Positions 53,642 to 64,000 of a DNA stretch of 64,000 bases are shown here, one piece after another (positions within the stretch are counted from its first letter, which is position 1; each line of letters begins with the position of its first letter). A program made the translations under genes and the position numbers. The stretch is from Felis catus. Its lineage: Eukaryota. The notes beneath the pieces are model-generated. The model was not told the origin of the DNA. It saw only the letters and a list, made by a program, of their open reading frames with translations, and searched no databases. The stretch spans positions 237,462,001-237,526,000 of the forward strand of contig NC_058368.1 in assembly GCF_018350175.1 (NCBI RefSeq), read 5' to 3'.

Positions 53642-54889
53642 CTTGTTTTGCTTTTACATAAAACCCCTAAATTATACTTCTTCTGTAGTATAACACTTTT
53701 TAAAACGCTAACTCTTATTTTTTATTTTCATTTTCAACACAAAACATTTCCACACAATAGAATTGTACAGAGTAACATAACTGCATGTGACCATCATTCC
53801 AAGCGAATAATCATTCACCTTTCGTGGGACATTTACATCAGATACGTTTTTCAGAATTAAAGTATCACCAATAGCGCTGGACCCCCCTCCAAATCCCACC
53901 CCCCCTTCACAAGTACTCAGGCGCCCTGCAGGGGAGTGGAGCCTTCCTTCCCACACTGTGACGGCAGCCTCTGGGACAGCCCCCCACCCCTGTCTGTAAA
54001 TAGCACAGAATATTGTCATTCGTAAAACTCCACCTCTGCATCATCTTGCCCGAATCTTTTTCCTTTCGGAGGATCGTTTTTTCTCACTCAGCTTTGTACC
54101 TTCAGGACTTACACACTTTGACCCAAGGGGCACTACCCTCATGCACATTCACCCCTGGGGGCCACTGTGTTCCATGAAATATGCCCCACGTTGCATATCC
54201 AGGCCTGTGCTGACTGCGGTCCGGGGGTCCCCAGTTTGCACTTGGCAAACAACGCTGCGGGCGGTGCTTGGCCACCCCTCCCTGCCTCCACTGGCCTGCT
54301 CTCTGTGGTGGACCAGGAAGCAGTGGGTTGCAGACCAGAGAAGTGGGTGTCTGCTGACCTCCCACGTGCTGCCGAACAGCTCCCTAGTTTCCTCTCAGCA
54401 ATTTCAGCTAGCACTGCAGTGAGAGACATTCCCTGTGCCTGCACCCTCGGACCTAGTCTGGTGGCCTCCAGTGGACAGAAAGTCGCATCTGGGGCACTCT
54501 CTGATTTCCCATCACTAGGGAGTTGGGGCATCCTTGAGCCTTTTCAGACCTGCTCTCCGCACAGTCTGTTCTATCTCGGGTCCATTTTCCCACCAAATGG
54601 CTCGTCTTCACTCTCGGACTCTGAGGATTCTTTCTGATTCTGCACAGCAAGGCTTGTCCTATCTGCAAACGCTCCCAGTGTCCTCCCCCTGGCGGGGGTG
54701 GGCCATTTCCATGCTGCCCAACTGAAGTTTTTATGATGACTGTTTTGGTGCAATTTGTCAAATGGCTTCCGCATGCTCCCCAGTTTTTCAAAAGAAAAAC
54801 AAAACAAATCAAAAACAAAAAGGAAACAAAACCCTCCTGCCCTCCCTACCTAAGCAATCCCAGGTGTGCCACAGCCTCCGGGAGAGCTT

Positions 54890-57200
54890 GGTGGGGGCCG
54901 GGCTGGCCTGTGCGCCTGCCCTGTGCCCCCGAGTCGGCGGTCTGGGCGAGCTGTTTTGGGGTACACACGACCGACGAGGAGTTAGCCCGAGGCGATGCAA
55001 CACGGCCCCAGACAGGCGCTAAAGCAGCCATCAGACGGCTGAAGAGATGCCTCCTTCGCCAGCGTATTCCTGCGAGCGGGGGTCCTACCTGCTCCTGCGC
55101 CCGCGGGCTCCGCTGGGTCCGCGCCGCCGGCCCCCGGAGGTGCGCCCCCCGCTCGAGCGGCCAGGCCGGGGTGGGGGGGGGAGCGGGGGGCGCTGCCGCG
55201 GGGCGGGGAGGGGGCAGCTGAGTTGTCCCGAACACTGTTTGCCTTGCAGAAACACTTAAAAAAAAAAAAAAAAAAAGCCGAAACGCGAACCAGGAGCACA
55301 ACGAAGCCAGGCCCCGGCCCGACCTCCGCTCTGTCCGCGCAGGAGCGGGGAGACCCTCCCGGAGGCGCGCGGGCGCGTGTCCGCGTGCGCGCGCAGGGGA
55401 GAGGCCAGGGGGGCGGGGGGGGGGGGCTCGCCCACCTGCCTCCCGCGCGGATCGCTGACCCACGCGGGACGCTCCCGAAGCGGGTCTCCGGGAACGGAAT
55501 TCGGGCCCGGGGGCTGCGCGCCGGAGGCGGGGGAAGCGGCGGCAGAGGAGCTGGGAGGACGCGGACCGGGGGGAGGCGGGGGGCGGGCAGGGACCGAGGC
55601 CAGAGGCCGCCGGACGCGCGGAAGTGGGGACGCGTCGGAGGCGGGCGCCGCGGGGGGCACGCACACTTGGCTGCTACGCTCGAGTCAGCGACCGGGAACC
55701 AAACACCGGTGCCTGGGGAGCCAGAGAGGTGCCCTCGGTGCTGGGGTCCCGACGCCACGGGCTGCCCCCGGCCTCTGGGGGCTGCGCCCTCGGGTCTCCT
55801 CCCGCGCGGCCGCAGGCGGCTCCAGGCCAGGGGCGAGGGGACCCCCCACCCCCCCACTCCCGCCTGCCAGGGTTCTCCCGCGCGCTCGCTCTGCGGGGAC
55901 AGGTCTCACCGGAACCGTGTTTGAGAACCTCCGAAGAGCGCCGCATCTGCAGCCCCGTCGGACGAGCCCGGAGGTACCCGCGCCGGAGAGAGATTGGCGT
56001 CTCGTTGGGACTTGCTCTTCGCGCAGTTCAAGGCGGCCAGCGCTGCTTTGCGAGAAACAGAGGGAGACGGAAACAAAGGAAGTTGCAGATCCGAACTTCG
56101 TGACCCCCGACTCCTTCTGGCTGCGTTTGCTGCAGGGCCCCAGGAAGTCGTGGGCCAGCAGCGACCCGGGATTCAGAACACGCTGGGCAGGTGCCCTGAC
56201 GCGCCCACGCCCATGTGGCGAAAGTCACAGCCCTGGGGGGAAATGTGTACGTTCACCTTAATCGACACCCCCCCCCCATTACACGTTCCATTTTGTAAGT
56301 GTTGCCACCAACCCCACAAACTGCGCCTATTACCCGGCAGTGAGACAGAGTGAAACAAGTCCGTGCGCGGCTTGGGTTCATCGAAACGCCCGGCCTAGTT
56401 TTCCTTCTTCCCCAAGTTAAAGCGACGCGGGCAGACGTAGGCCCGGCCGGGGCGAGAGCGCCCACCGCCGTTCAGTGGCCGGGGACTGCGCCGGGGCCAC
56501 CGCTGCAGGGACCAGGCCGCAGCCGCGGGCCACAGCGCCCCCTCGCCGCCCGCGCGCACGACTCCCGGGCCCGCGCCGCTCCCCGGCCTCCTCGCGCCCC
56601 GCCCGAGAGCCCAGGGCCGACCGAAGCTGCAAGGCGGCCCGGCCGGCGCCGCCAGCTCCTTCCGAGAGACCCTCGGGCGCAAGCCCGGCTCCAGGCCTTT
56701 CTCCGCGCTCGGCCTCGCAGGACGCCCCGGCTCCTTGAAACGTGCGTGTCCACGCCGACTCGCTCTAAAGGCACCGGCGGCTGTGGGGACAAGACACAGA
56801 AATGCGACGGTGTTAACTTCTTTTCATCCGCGGGCGGCGGGGAGGAGAGGGAAACCGAGCCCGAAACCGCGCGCCGCCTACGTGACGGTTACGAGCCATC
56901 GCGCTGTCACCGCAGCTGGCCGGGGCTGCCGCGCGGGCCTCGCCTCCGTCCGCCGCTCCGGCTCGGACGCCAACGAAAACAGCCGCGGCCAGGCGCCCGG
57001 ACACCCCTCGCCCGCCACCAAAGCGCCCGGGTCCCCGCCCTGCTGCACGGGCGGCCGTGGGGCCCGGGGCCGGCGGCTCGCTCCCCGCGCGGCCTGCGCT
57101 CTCCGCGGTCACCGGGGACGGAGTTCGCCACCCTCGCGGGTGGCCGCGTGCCGAGCCACCGCGTCGGGCCTCCTCGCTTGCAGCCTGTTTTTCCCACTGA
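54890..57200. promoter_or_regulatory. Second CpG island upstream of IRX2, overlapping the 3' part of IRX2-DT
   Basis: GC- and CpG-rich, TE-free sequence separated from the main island by an AT-richer unique block. Confidence 0.85.
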
Positions 57201-59500
57201 CTTGTTTTAAAAGAAGAGCCAGCCAACTTTAATCCAAGACAAGGAAAGTGACTTAAAAAAAAAAAAATCCGGGAGCTTTAACGTGAAACGAAGTTTATAT
57301 ATTCCAGGAACAATGCGGAGCGTAAGTTTTAATGTCTCTGCGTAGGCATGTTAATTTGCTACAGTCACTACCAATAAAAGCGGCAAGCACTGCGATTCGA
57401 CTGTTTAATAGTGCAAGGTAGACGGTTTTTATTAGTAGCAGGCAGCAGTATGGAGAATTTGGATTTCAGTGGAGGGGTGTAATTGCTGGGGGAAATACGC
57501 GGGAGGAAGAGGCTGTCTTCAGAATCAGCAGCTCGCGCGCAAGAGACGAAGAGGAGACAGCCGTGGTGGAGACGCGCCCTGGGCAGCGGGAGCCCCTCCA
57601 AAGCCACGTGGCCTTGTCTGCTTATATACTTAATTGATGTCAAAATCGAGTGTATCCGGAGCATACGCTCCTGCTCCAAACTGGGGATGTTTTTGTAATA
57701 ATTCGCTGTTTTCTTTTCTGCCCCTGGCAGAGATCAGGCCCAAGGGGGGTGGAGGGAGAGGGAGGGAGGGCGAGGGGACGAGCCCCAAATGCTAATGAAA
57801 CACAGCAGGAACTGGCCTTTGGAAATGGAAACATTGCAGGCCAATCATCCTTGGTGATAAACATTAGACCTGATTTTTTTTCACTTAAACTATCTAATTG
57901 GAAGCGAACCCCCGAAGCCTGCAATCTGATCCGTTGGCTGTTACATTTGTCATCCCACCTGGGTGACTCTCTGTCGAGGCCTCTACCTCCCAGAATCCCC
58001 TCTCCGGAAGACCAAAAACATCCCAGACCCCGACGCTGGTATGCTCCGAGGACTGCTGGAGCACCGCCCCCCCCCCCTCCATTTTCTCTTTCCTTTTCGA
58101 CACTTCAATAATTGGTGTAAAGTCTGCCCTACACTGAGTTAGGACGGCCCACGTGGGGCGGCAGCGTGGTGGGAACCGGGGGGCTGGGTCCTCCAAGTGG
58201 CCCAGTGTGTGGGAAGCGGCCGATGTGGAGGTTGAAGCCAGGAGGCTGGATTTTAGGAAGGGGGGGAGCACTGAGGAGGCAGGAGCCAGAAGACCGGTGG
58301 TGGCTGGAGGCAACGGGCACCTACTAGGAGCCAGAAGCCTGCAGGCCACGGAGGGTGGGTTCTTCTCAAGCCCGACACCTGGGTTTGGGACGGGCTCCCC
58401 TGGACCTAGGGAAAGACAAACGCAGCTTAACTATGTCTTCAAAGTTCTGCTGGCCAACAGGACTGGGCTGCAGCCTAGCCCGGGGTCTGCCCCCGCAGGA
58501 CCTTAACAGAACTCGGCAACCCGGCTGCCAGGGTAGAGTGCAGGGAAGTGCGAGAGGGCTGCAGGCCGAGCCCTCACCTGCAGGGATTCGACCTTACAGG
58601 AAACCTTTCTGAGGTGGCCTCTGGGGAAGAGGCACCTGTTGGGTGGGCCGCCCGCCCAGGACCGCGCACACGGATACCCGGTGGACCTCCTGAGCACCCC
58701 CCCCACCCCGTGGGGGACCAGTACCCCCTCCCCCAGCACCCTCCTGCCCCTGGTGGGGGAGGGGTGGAAGAGGGGCAATGGAGTGAAGGGTTTTCTGGGG
58801 CTGGGGTCCCAGGGCCCGCCGCTAAGCATCTCCCCTCCGGGCCCCCAGAGGCACGTCCCGAGCCGCCAGTTACCTGGCCTACCTCTGCCGCTGCCTGCGC
58901 TCCTGCCAGCGGCCTGGCTCCTTCTCCTTCCTCCCCAAGTGACAGCAAGGCTTCGCGTCGTGCTAGAGGCGGTCTGTCCGGTGACAGTCATTCTTTAGAA
59001 TGCTTTACGACACGTCCGACGGAGGAGTCAACTTATTAAAATAAAATCAAATAAAACTCTCGGGGGAGGGGTGGCATCTTCGCGGGTGGGACACGGGCGG
59101 CGTGTGTCTAAACCTTCCCCAAAGCCGAAAGTCCTCACGCCCAGAGCCCCGGGTCTCCGCTACGGACTTCGGGGCAGCAAGCTCACCTCTGGGCCCTCCG
59201 GGCAGTCCGCGAGGAAGGCGCCCGGGATCCGGGTCCCGCAGGGACACGCGGGACGGCGCGGGGCAGGCGACCGGACCCGAGGCCACGCGGGGCACCTTCC
59301 ACGGCGAGGCAGAGGGGACCCGGGAAGGTGGAGGTGAGAGCCGCGCACGCCACCCCCAGGAGGACCCGGGCCGCCGGCGCTGCCACCCCGCCCTCCCTTC
59401 GGCCCGCGGCTCCAGGCCGGAGCCTGGGGACACGCGCGCGGTCACCTGGGCCGGCCTCTTCGTAGCGCAGAGCGGGGCGCGGGCCGTGCGTCCCCCAAGT
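56300..59500 (-). ncRNA. IRX2-DT: Orthologue of the IRX2 divergent transcript (IRX2-DT / C5orf38 / CEI); probable spliced lncRNA, outer ends approximate
   Basis: Head-to-head with IRX2. Four minus-strand segments translate like the human CEI protein as I recall it: 59386-59187, about 59013-58874, from 58405, and from 56780. Splice signals: donor CAGAG|GTGAGC (59186), donor CAG|GTAACT (58873), acceptors tttgtctttccctAG (58406) and tttctgtgtcttgtccccacAG (56781). Confidence 0.8.
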
Positions 59501-60270
59501 GGACCAGACCGGCCGGCGTGCGGACGGCCTCCGCTCAGTCCCCGCGGGCCGAACGGGGAGGGGGGGGAGGCAGTGGCTGCGGGGGGTGGGGGGGGCACGA
59601 GGAAGGTGACGGGGGCGGCGGCGGGGAGCAGGCCGGCGGAGGAGGGGGGGCGGCGGGAGTACGATCGAGTGGGAGGGGGCGCGCGCCGGGGCTCGGGGCT
59701 CGGCCGGGCCGGGCTGCGGGGCCGCGGGCCGCGGGCTGGGGCTGCGCGGGAGGCGACTGCGCCACAAAAGCCTGCGCGTCCCTCCCTCCTTCTCCCCCGC
59801 CCTCCCGCCTCCTCCTCCTCCTCCTCCTCCTCCTCCTTCTCCTCCGCCCTCCCCTCCCCGCCCCTCCCCCGGCCGCGGCCCGGCAGCGGGAGCGGGCGGA
59901 GCGGGCGGAGCAGGGGAGGGGGCGGGCGCCCGAATATGCAGATGAGCGCGTGACGGACAGCTCCGCGTTCCAATGTCCCTCGGAAACTCGAGCGCTCCTT
60001 CCTCAACTCCTCACTCCCGAGTCCAGACTCCCCCAAACCCCGACCGCCGGCCTGGCGCGCGGCTGCGCCCACCGGCTCCGCGCCGCTGCCGCCGCCGCCC
60101 CGCCGCTCCCCCGGCCCGCGGGCCTCGCAGGCTAGTGCGCGGGCCGGCCCGCCTCGGCCCGCGGCCCCCGCGCCCGCCGCCGCGCCGCGCCCCGGCCGGG
60201 CGTGGATGGAGGGCGCCGCGCGCCCTGCCCGCTGCTCGGCGTGACGCGGGCCCGGCGCCCCGCGCCCACC

Positions 60271-60519
60271 ATGTCCTATCCGCAGGGCTACCTGTACCAG
60301 GCGCCCGGCTCGCTGGCGCTCTACTCGTGCCCGGCGTACGGCGCGTCGGCGCTGGCGGCGCCGCGCAGCGAGGAGCTGGCCCGCTCGGCGTCGGGCTCGG
60401 CGTTCAGCCCTTACCCGGGCTCCGCGGCCTTCACGGCGCAGGCGGCCTCCGGCTTCGGCAGCCCGCTGCAGTACTCGGCCGACGCCGCCGCCGCCGCCGC
60501 CGGCTTCCCGTCCTACATG
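60271..60519 (+). CDS. IRX2: Iroquois homeobox 2, coding exon 1 ([24 protein letters not shown]...[12 protein letters not shown]; 83 codons)
   Basis: ATG at 60271 in gcccaccATG Kozak context. The N-terminus [23 protein letters not shown] is characteristic of IRX2. Phase-0 donor ATG|GTAACC at 60520. Confidence 0.97.
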
Positions 60520-61826
60520 GTAACCGCGCGCGGGCGAGTGCCGGGGGGTGGGGGTGGGGGGCGCGATCGGGACGCGAGGGCGCGGGGAGGGTGCCGTGGG
60601 CGGTGGCTCCGGGGTCTCGGACCCGGGCCGTTCGCGCCGCTGGTGGGCCCGGCCGGCCCGGCGACGTTACTCAGGCCGGGGGTCCGTGCAGCTTCTCCCC
60701 TGGCTCCCGGGGTGACGTTCCCAAAGAGCCCGAAAAGTGCGACCCCGCTGCTGGGGTCGGGAATCCGTCCCGGGTGGTCCTCGGTTCGCGCGCCAAAGCC
60801 TGGCGAGGGGTCCGGAGCGGGCCGGGGGCGCGCTCCCGTTGGCTCGGGGAGCGGGTCTCGGCTCCGCTGGGGCCTCCGCGGCGACCGCGGAGCGCTTGGG
60901 GGTTACTTGTGGGGCTTGGGGTCACCGGGTTGGGGGAGCGGGAGGAGCAGCGGGCGGCGGCTCCGGGACCCCTCCTGGTGCGCCACGATCTCGGCCTTTA
61001 TCTGTCCCACAGGCCGAGCTTTCGAAAAGCGGTGTGGGCGGGCGTGTGGCAGCCCCGGTCGCCGCGCCCGTCCCCTGCGTGCCGCGGCCAGCTACTGCTC
61101 CCCCGACCGGGGGTCGGCCCGCGCGCCTCTGGTTCCGCAGCTGGGCCCGGCCCGGGTGCTGCTGACGCCCGTTTCGGGCGAGCGAGGCCGTTACGGGGGG
61201 AGCCGGGGGGGGGGGGGTGTCGCCGCAGCCCGCCCTCGGTGGGATTCCAGGGCAGCGGCCCTGTCGCCGGGGCCTTGGCGGAGGCTGCAAATGTCTCGAA
61301 TTTAAACGTTAAAGGCTGAATTAAAATGCTAATTACCGCGTATTTGAAGAATTCGAAACGGTGACTGGCTTCTGAGTTGCAAATTGGATTTGCCGAGCTT
61401 TAGAGCGGTGAATAGCCGAGCGGGGGCTCTGGGGTGGTTTTTTAACCATATAAGGGCGGGGAAGGGGGAGAAGGGGGAGCCAGCCAGAGAAATTTAGATA
61501 TCAAGAAAGTACCTGCGGGCCTGTGTCTGTGCACGTCCGCGTGCATCCGTGCCCGCAGCTCAGGGACAACGGGGAGAAGTTGTGCCGTTTTAGCAAAGTG
61601 AAATAGTTCAAAAATTCGAGGTTAGAACTGCAGCGTTTTCGTGGTCAACAGCCTGTCTTGCGTTATGCGCTGCGGGCTTTTTTTTTTTTTTTTTTCCCCT
61701 CCTGCTCTTTTGCTGCCGGGAAATGAGGCTCCAGCGCGGTCCTGACCCTGGGAACGGCAGCGTCGGGAGGGCGGATGCGGGCCAGGTCCCGGCGCACCCC
61801 ATTCACCAGGCTCTTGTTGGTTCCAG

Positions 61827-62232
61827 GGCGCGCCCTACGACGCGCACACGACCGGGGTGGCGGGCGCCATCAGCTACCACCCGTACGGCAGCGCGGCCTA
61901 CCCTTACCAGCTCAACGACCCCGCGTACCGCAAGAACGCCACGCGGGACGCCACGGCCACGCTCAAGGCCTGGCTGAACGAGCACCGCAAGAACCCGTAC
62001 CCCACCAAGGGCGAGAAGATCATGCTGGCCATCATCACCAAGATGACCCTCACGCAGGTGTCCACCTGGTTCGCCAACGCGCGCCGGCGCCTCAAGAAGG
62101 AGAACAAGATGACGTGGGCCCCGAGGAACAAAAGCGAGGACGAGGACGAGGAGGAGGGCGACGCGGCGAGGAGCAAGGGGGAGAGTCCAGACAAGGCGCA
62201 GGAGGGCACCGAGACCTCGGCCGAGGACGAAG
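61827..62232 (+). CDS. IRX2: IRX2 coding exon 2: TALE homeodomain (about 61917-62105, [63 protein letters not shown]) and acidic tract
   Basis: Acceptor ttccAG|GGC at 61826/61827 keeps the frame from exon 1. Iroquois-type homeodomain with PYP loop and WFANARRR. Phase-1 donor GAAG|GTGAGC at 62233. Confidence 0.98.
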
Positions 62233-62491
62233 GTGAGCGGGGCCGCGGCTGGCGCGAGGCCGCGGGGAGCTTTCTCCCCAGGCGGGCGCAGAGCCGAGGT
62301 CCGAGGAGACGCCGCGCGCCGCCACCCAGGATCGCGTGGGGCCGGTCGAGTCCTCGCGCGCTTCCCGGGGGAGGCCCTGCTGCCCCCCGCCCCGGGGGTC
62401 GTGGCCGGGGTGGGGGATCACGTGGGGGGCGCGGGGAGGGGGGGTGGGGGTGCTGTCCCCGCGCAACACAGCCATGCCCGCGCCCCTGCAG

Positions 62492-63220
62492 GGATCAGCC
62501 TGCACGTCGACTCGCTCACGGATCACTCGTGCTCGGCCGAGTCGGACGGGGAGAAGCTGTCTTGTCGGGCGGGGGACCCCCTGTGCGAGTCGGGCTCGGA
62601 GTGCAAAGATAAGTATGACGATCTGGAGGACGACGAGGACGACGAGGACGACGGCGAGCGGGACCTGGCGCCGCCCAAGCCCGTGACCTCGTCGCCGCTC
62701 ACCGGCGTGGAGGCGCCGCTGCTGAGCCCCCCGCCCGAGGCCGCGCCCCGCGGTGGCGGCGGCGGCGGCGGCGGCGGCGGCAAGATGCCCCTGGGCAGCC
62801 GGACGTCGCCGGGCGCGCCGCAGCCCGCCAGCAAGCCCAAGCTGTGGTCTCTGGCCGAGATCGCCACGTCGGACCTCAAGCAGCCGAGCCTGGGCCCGGG
62901 CTGCGCGCCGCCGGGGCTGCCCGCGGCCGCCGCGCCCGCCTCGACCGGGGCGCCTCCGGGCGGCTCCCCGTACCCCGCCTCGCCGCTGCTCGGCCGCCAC
63001 CTCTACTACACGTCGCCCTTCTACGGCAACTACACAAACTACGGGAACTTGAACGCGGCGCTGCAGGGCCAGGGGCTCCTGCGGTACAACTCGGCGGCCG
63101 CCGCCCCCGGAGAGGCGCTGCACTCGGCGCCCAAGGCGGCCAGCGACGCGGGCAAGGCGGGCGCGCACCCGCTGGAGCCCCACTACCGGCCCCCGGGCGG
63201 CGGCTACGAGCCCAAGAAAG
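62492..63220 (+). CDS. IRX2: IRX2 coding exon 3 with acidic region, Gly10 tract and IRO box ([14 protein letters not shown], 62833-62874); gene incomplete at 3' end
   Basis: Acceptor ctgcAG|GG at 62491/62492 completes the split Gly codon. IRO box present. Phase-1 donor AAAG|GTAGGC at 63221. No terminal coding exon recognised before 64000. Confidence 0.97.
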
Positions 63221-64000
63221 GTAGGCTGCCTGTGGCGCGCGGGTCCCCGGGGAGCCAGCACCCCCCAGAAAGCCGGGCGAGGGGCCGGGGCGACCCTGGG
63301 GCGCGGCAGGGGGAGCCTTTGTTGTTGAAGGGAGGGCAGGGAGTAGGCGGAAAGCCGGGCTCCACCAGCAGTCGCAGGGAGTAGGGGGGGCGTGTACCAC
63401 GGGGTTGGGGGGGGGGGGTGGAGGGAAGGGCCGAGCGCCCCTGGCCTTGCAGGAAGGCTTGCCCCTAATTGTCTCGGTTTTACTTAGCTTACCGTTGTTA
63501 TTACTGTTAGTATTATTATCCTGATTGATTCGTTTCGGCAAAAGACCGATTGTCACCAAATGCAAATTGCAGTTTGCCTTCCCGTTGGTTGGGCTTAAGC
63601 TGCAGAGTGTTCTGGGTTCCCGGAGCCTCAACTGACTCTTCGCTCCCGCCTTTGCCTGCAAGGAAACAAACCGTCCTAGCAACTCTGAGAGCCGCCCTTT
63701 CTCCCAAATAGACAGCGAGAATCTCGGCCCCTTCCGCTGGCCTCTCCCGGGTGCCTCCGTTGCTCATAATTCAGGCTGGAGTTGTTAAGACCTGTGGAAG
63801 GAACTCAAGGGGGCAGGAAGAGAAAACGGGAAGAGGAAACATGCCCCCAGTCTGTCTCCAACAGTGGGGGGAGGGGGGAGACAGTTCCCCCAAAGTGTTT
63901 TGTGCGTTCGGGGAGCGAGTGTGCATGGGTGTGCGGGCTGGTGGGTGTGCAGCTGTCTGCGAGACAGATGGCTCTGGGGTCAGGTTCTGACTAACTGCCC

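Larger units (their letters stand above)
59050..63400. promoter_or_regulatory. CpG island covering the IRX2 / IRX2-DT bidirectional promoter and IRX2 gene body
   Basis: Very high GC and CpG density, GC boxes, a (CCT)n tract at about 59808-59845, and an octamer-like TATGCAGATGAG at 59935-59946. Confidence 0.9.

Noticed and set aside
54733..57232. Many overlapping 150-300 aa ORFs on both strands
   Set aside because: Stop-codon scarcity in very GC-rich DNA; no domains. Only the CEI-like segment from 56780 is recognisable.
59973..61319. 448-aa ORF overlapping IRX2 exon 1, and the 367-aa read-through of exon 1 into intron 1
   Set aside because: Low-complexity Arg/Gly/Pro/Ala translation of CpG-island DNA. 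The real frame splices at 60519.
62092..63682. Long antisense ORFs (389 aa, 268 aa)
   Set aside because: Shadow frames of the GC3-rich IRX2 coding sequence.

Overview
Mammalian genomic DNA, almost certainly from a felid, judging by the carnivore tRNA-derived CanSINEs and cat-type L1 3' ends. The window covers about 59 kb of gene desert upstream of the TALE-homeobox gene IRX2 (Iroquois A cluster) and its first three coding exons (+ strand: 60271-60519, 61827-62232, 62492-63220). The short last exon lies beyond the window. Head-to-head with IRX2, on the minus strand inside a large CpG island, is a recognisable 4-exon orthologue of the divergent transcript IRX2-DT/C5orf38 (CEI). Relative to the human ORF (recalled from memory), it has GTG instead of ATG and stops plus a frameshift in exon 2, so it looks non-coding here. 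The upstream desert has three zones: a repeat-poor zone (about 5-24 kb) with AT-rich islands dense in PBX/MEIS/HOX/TCF/Oct motifs (candidate enhancers), a densely nested L1/SINE/MaLR block (about 24-52 kb), and a TE-free CpG-island zone (about 54-64 kb). No other protein-coding gene, rRNA, tRNA gene or CRISPR array is supported. Nearly all other listed ORFs are GC-rich or repeat artefacts.
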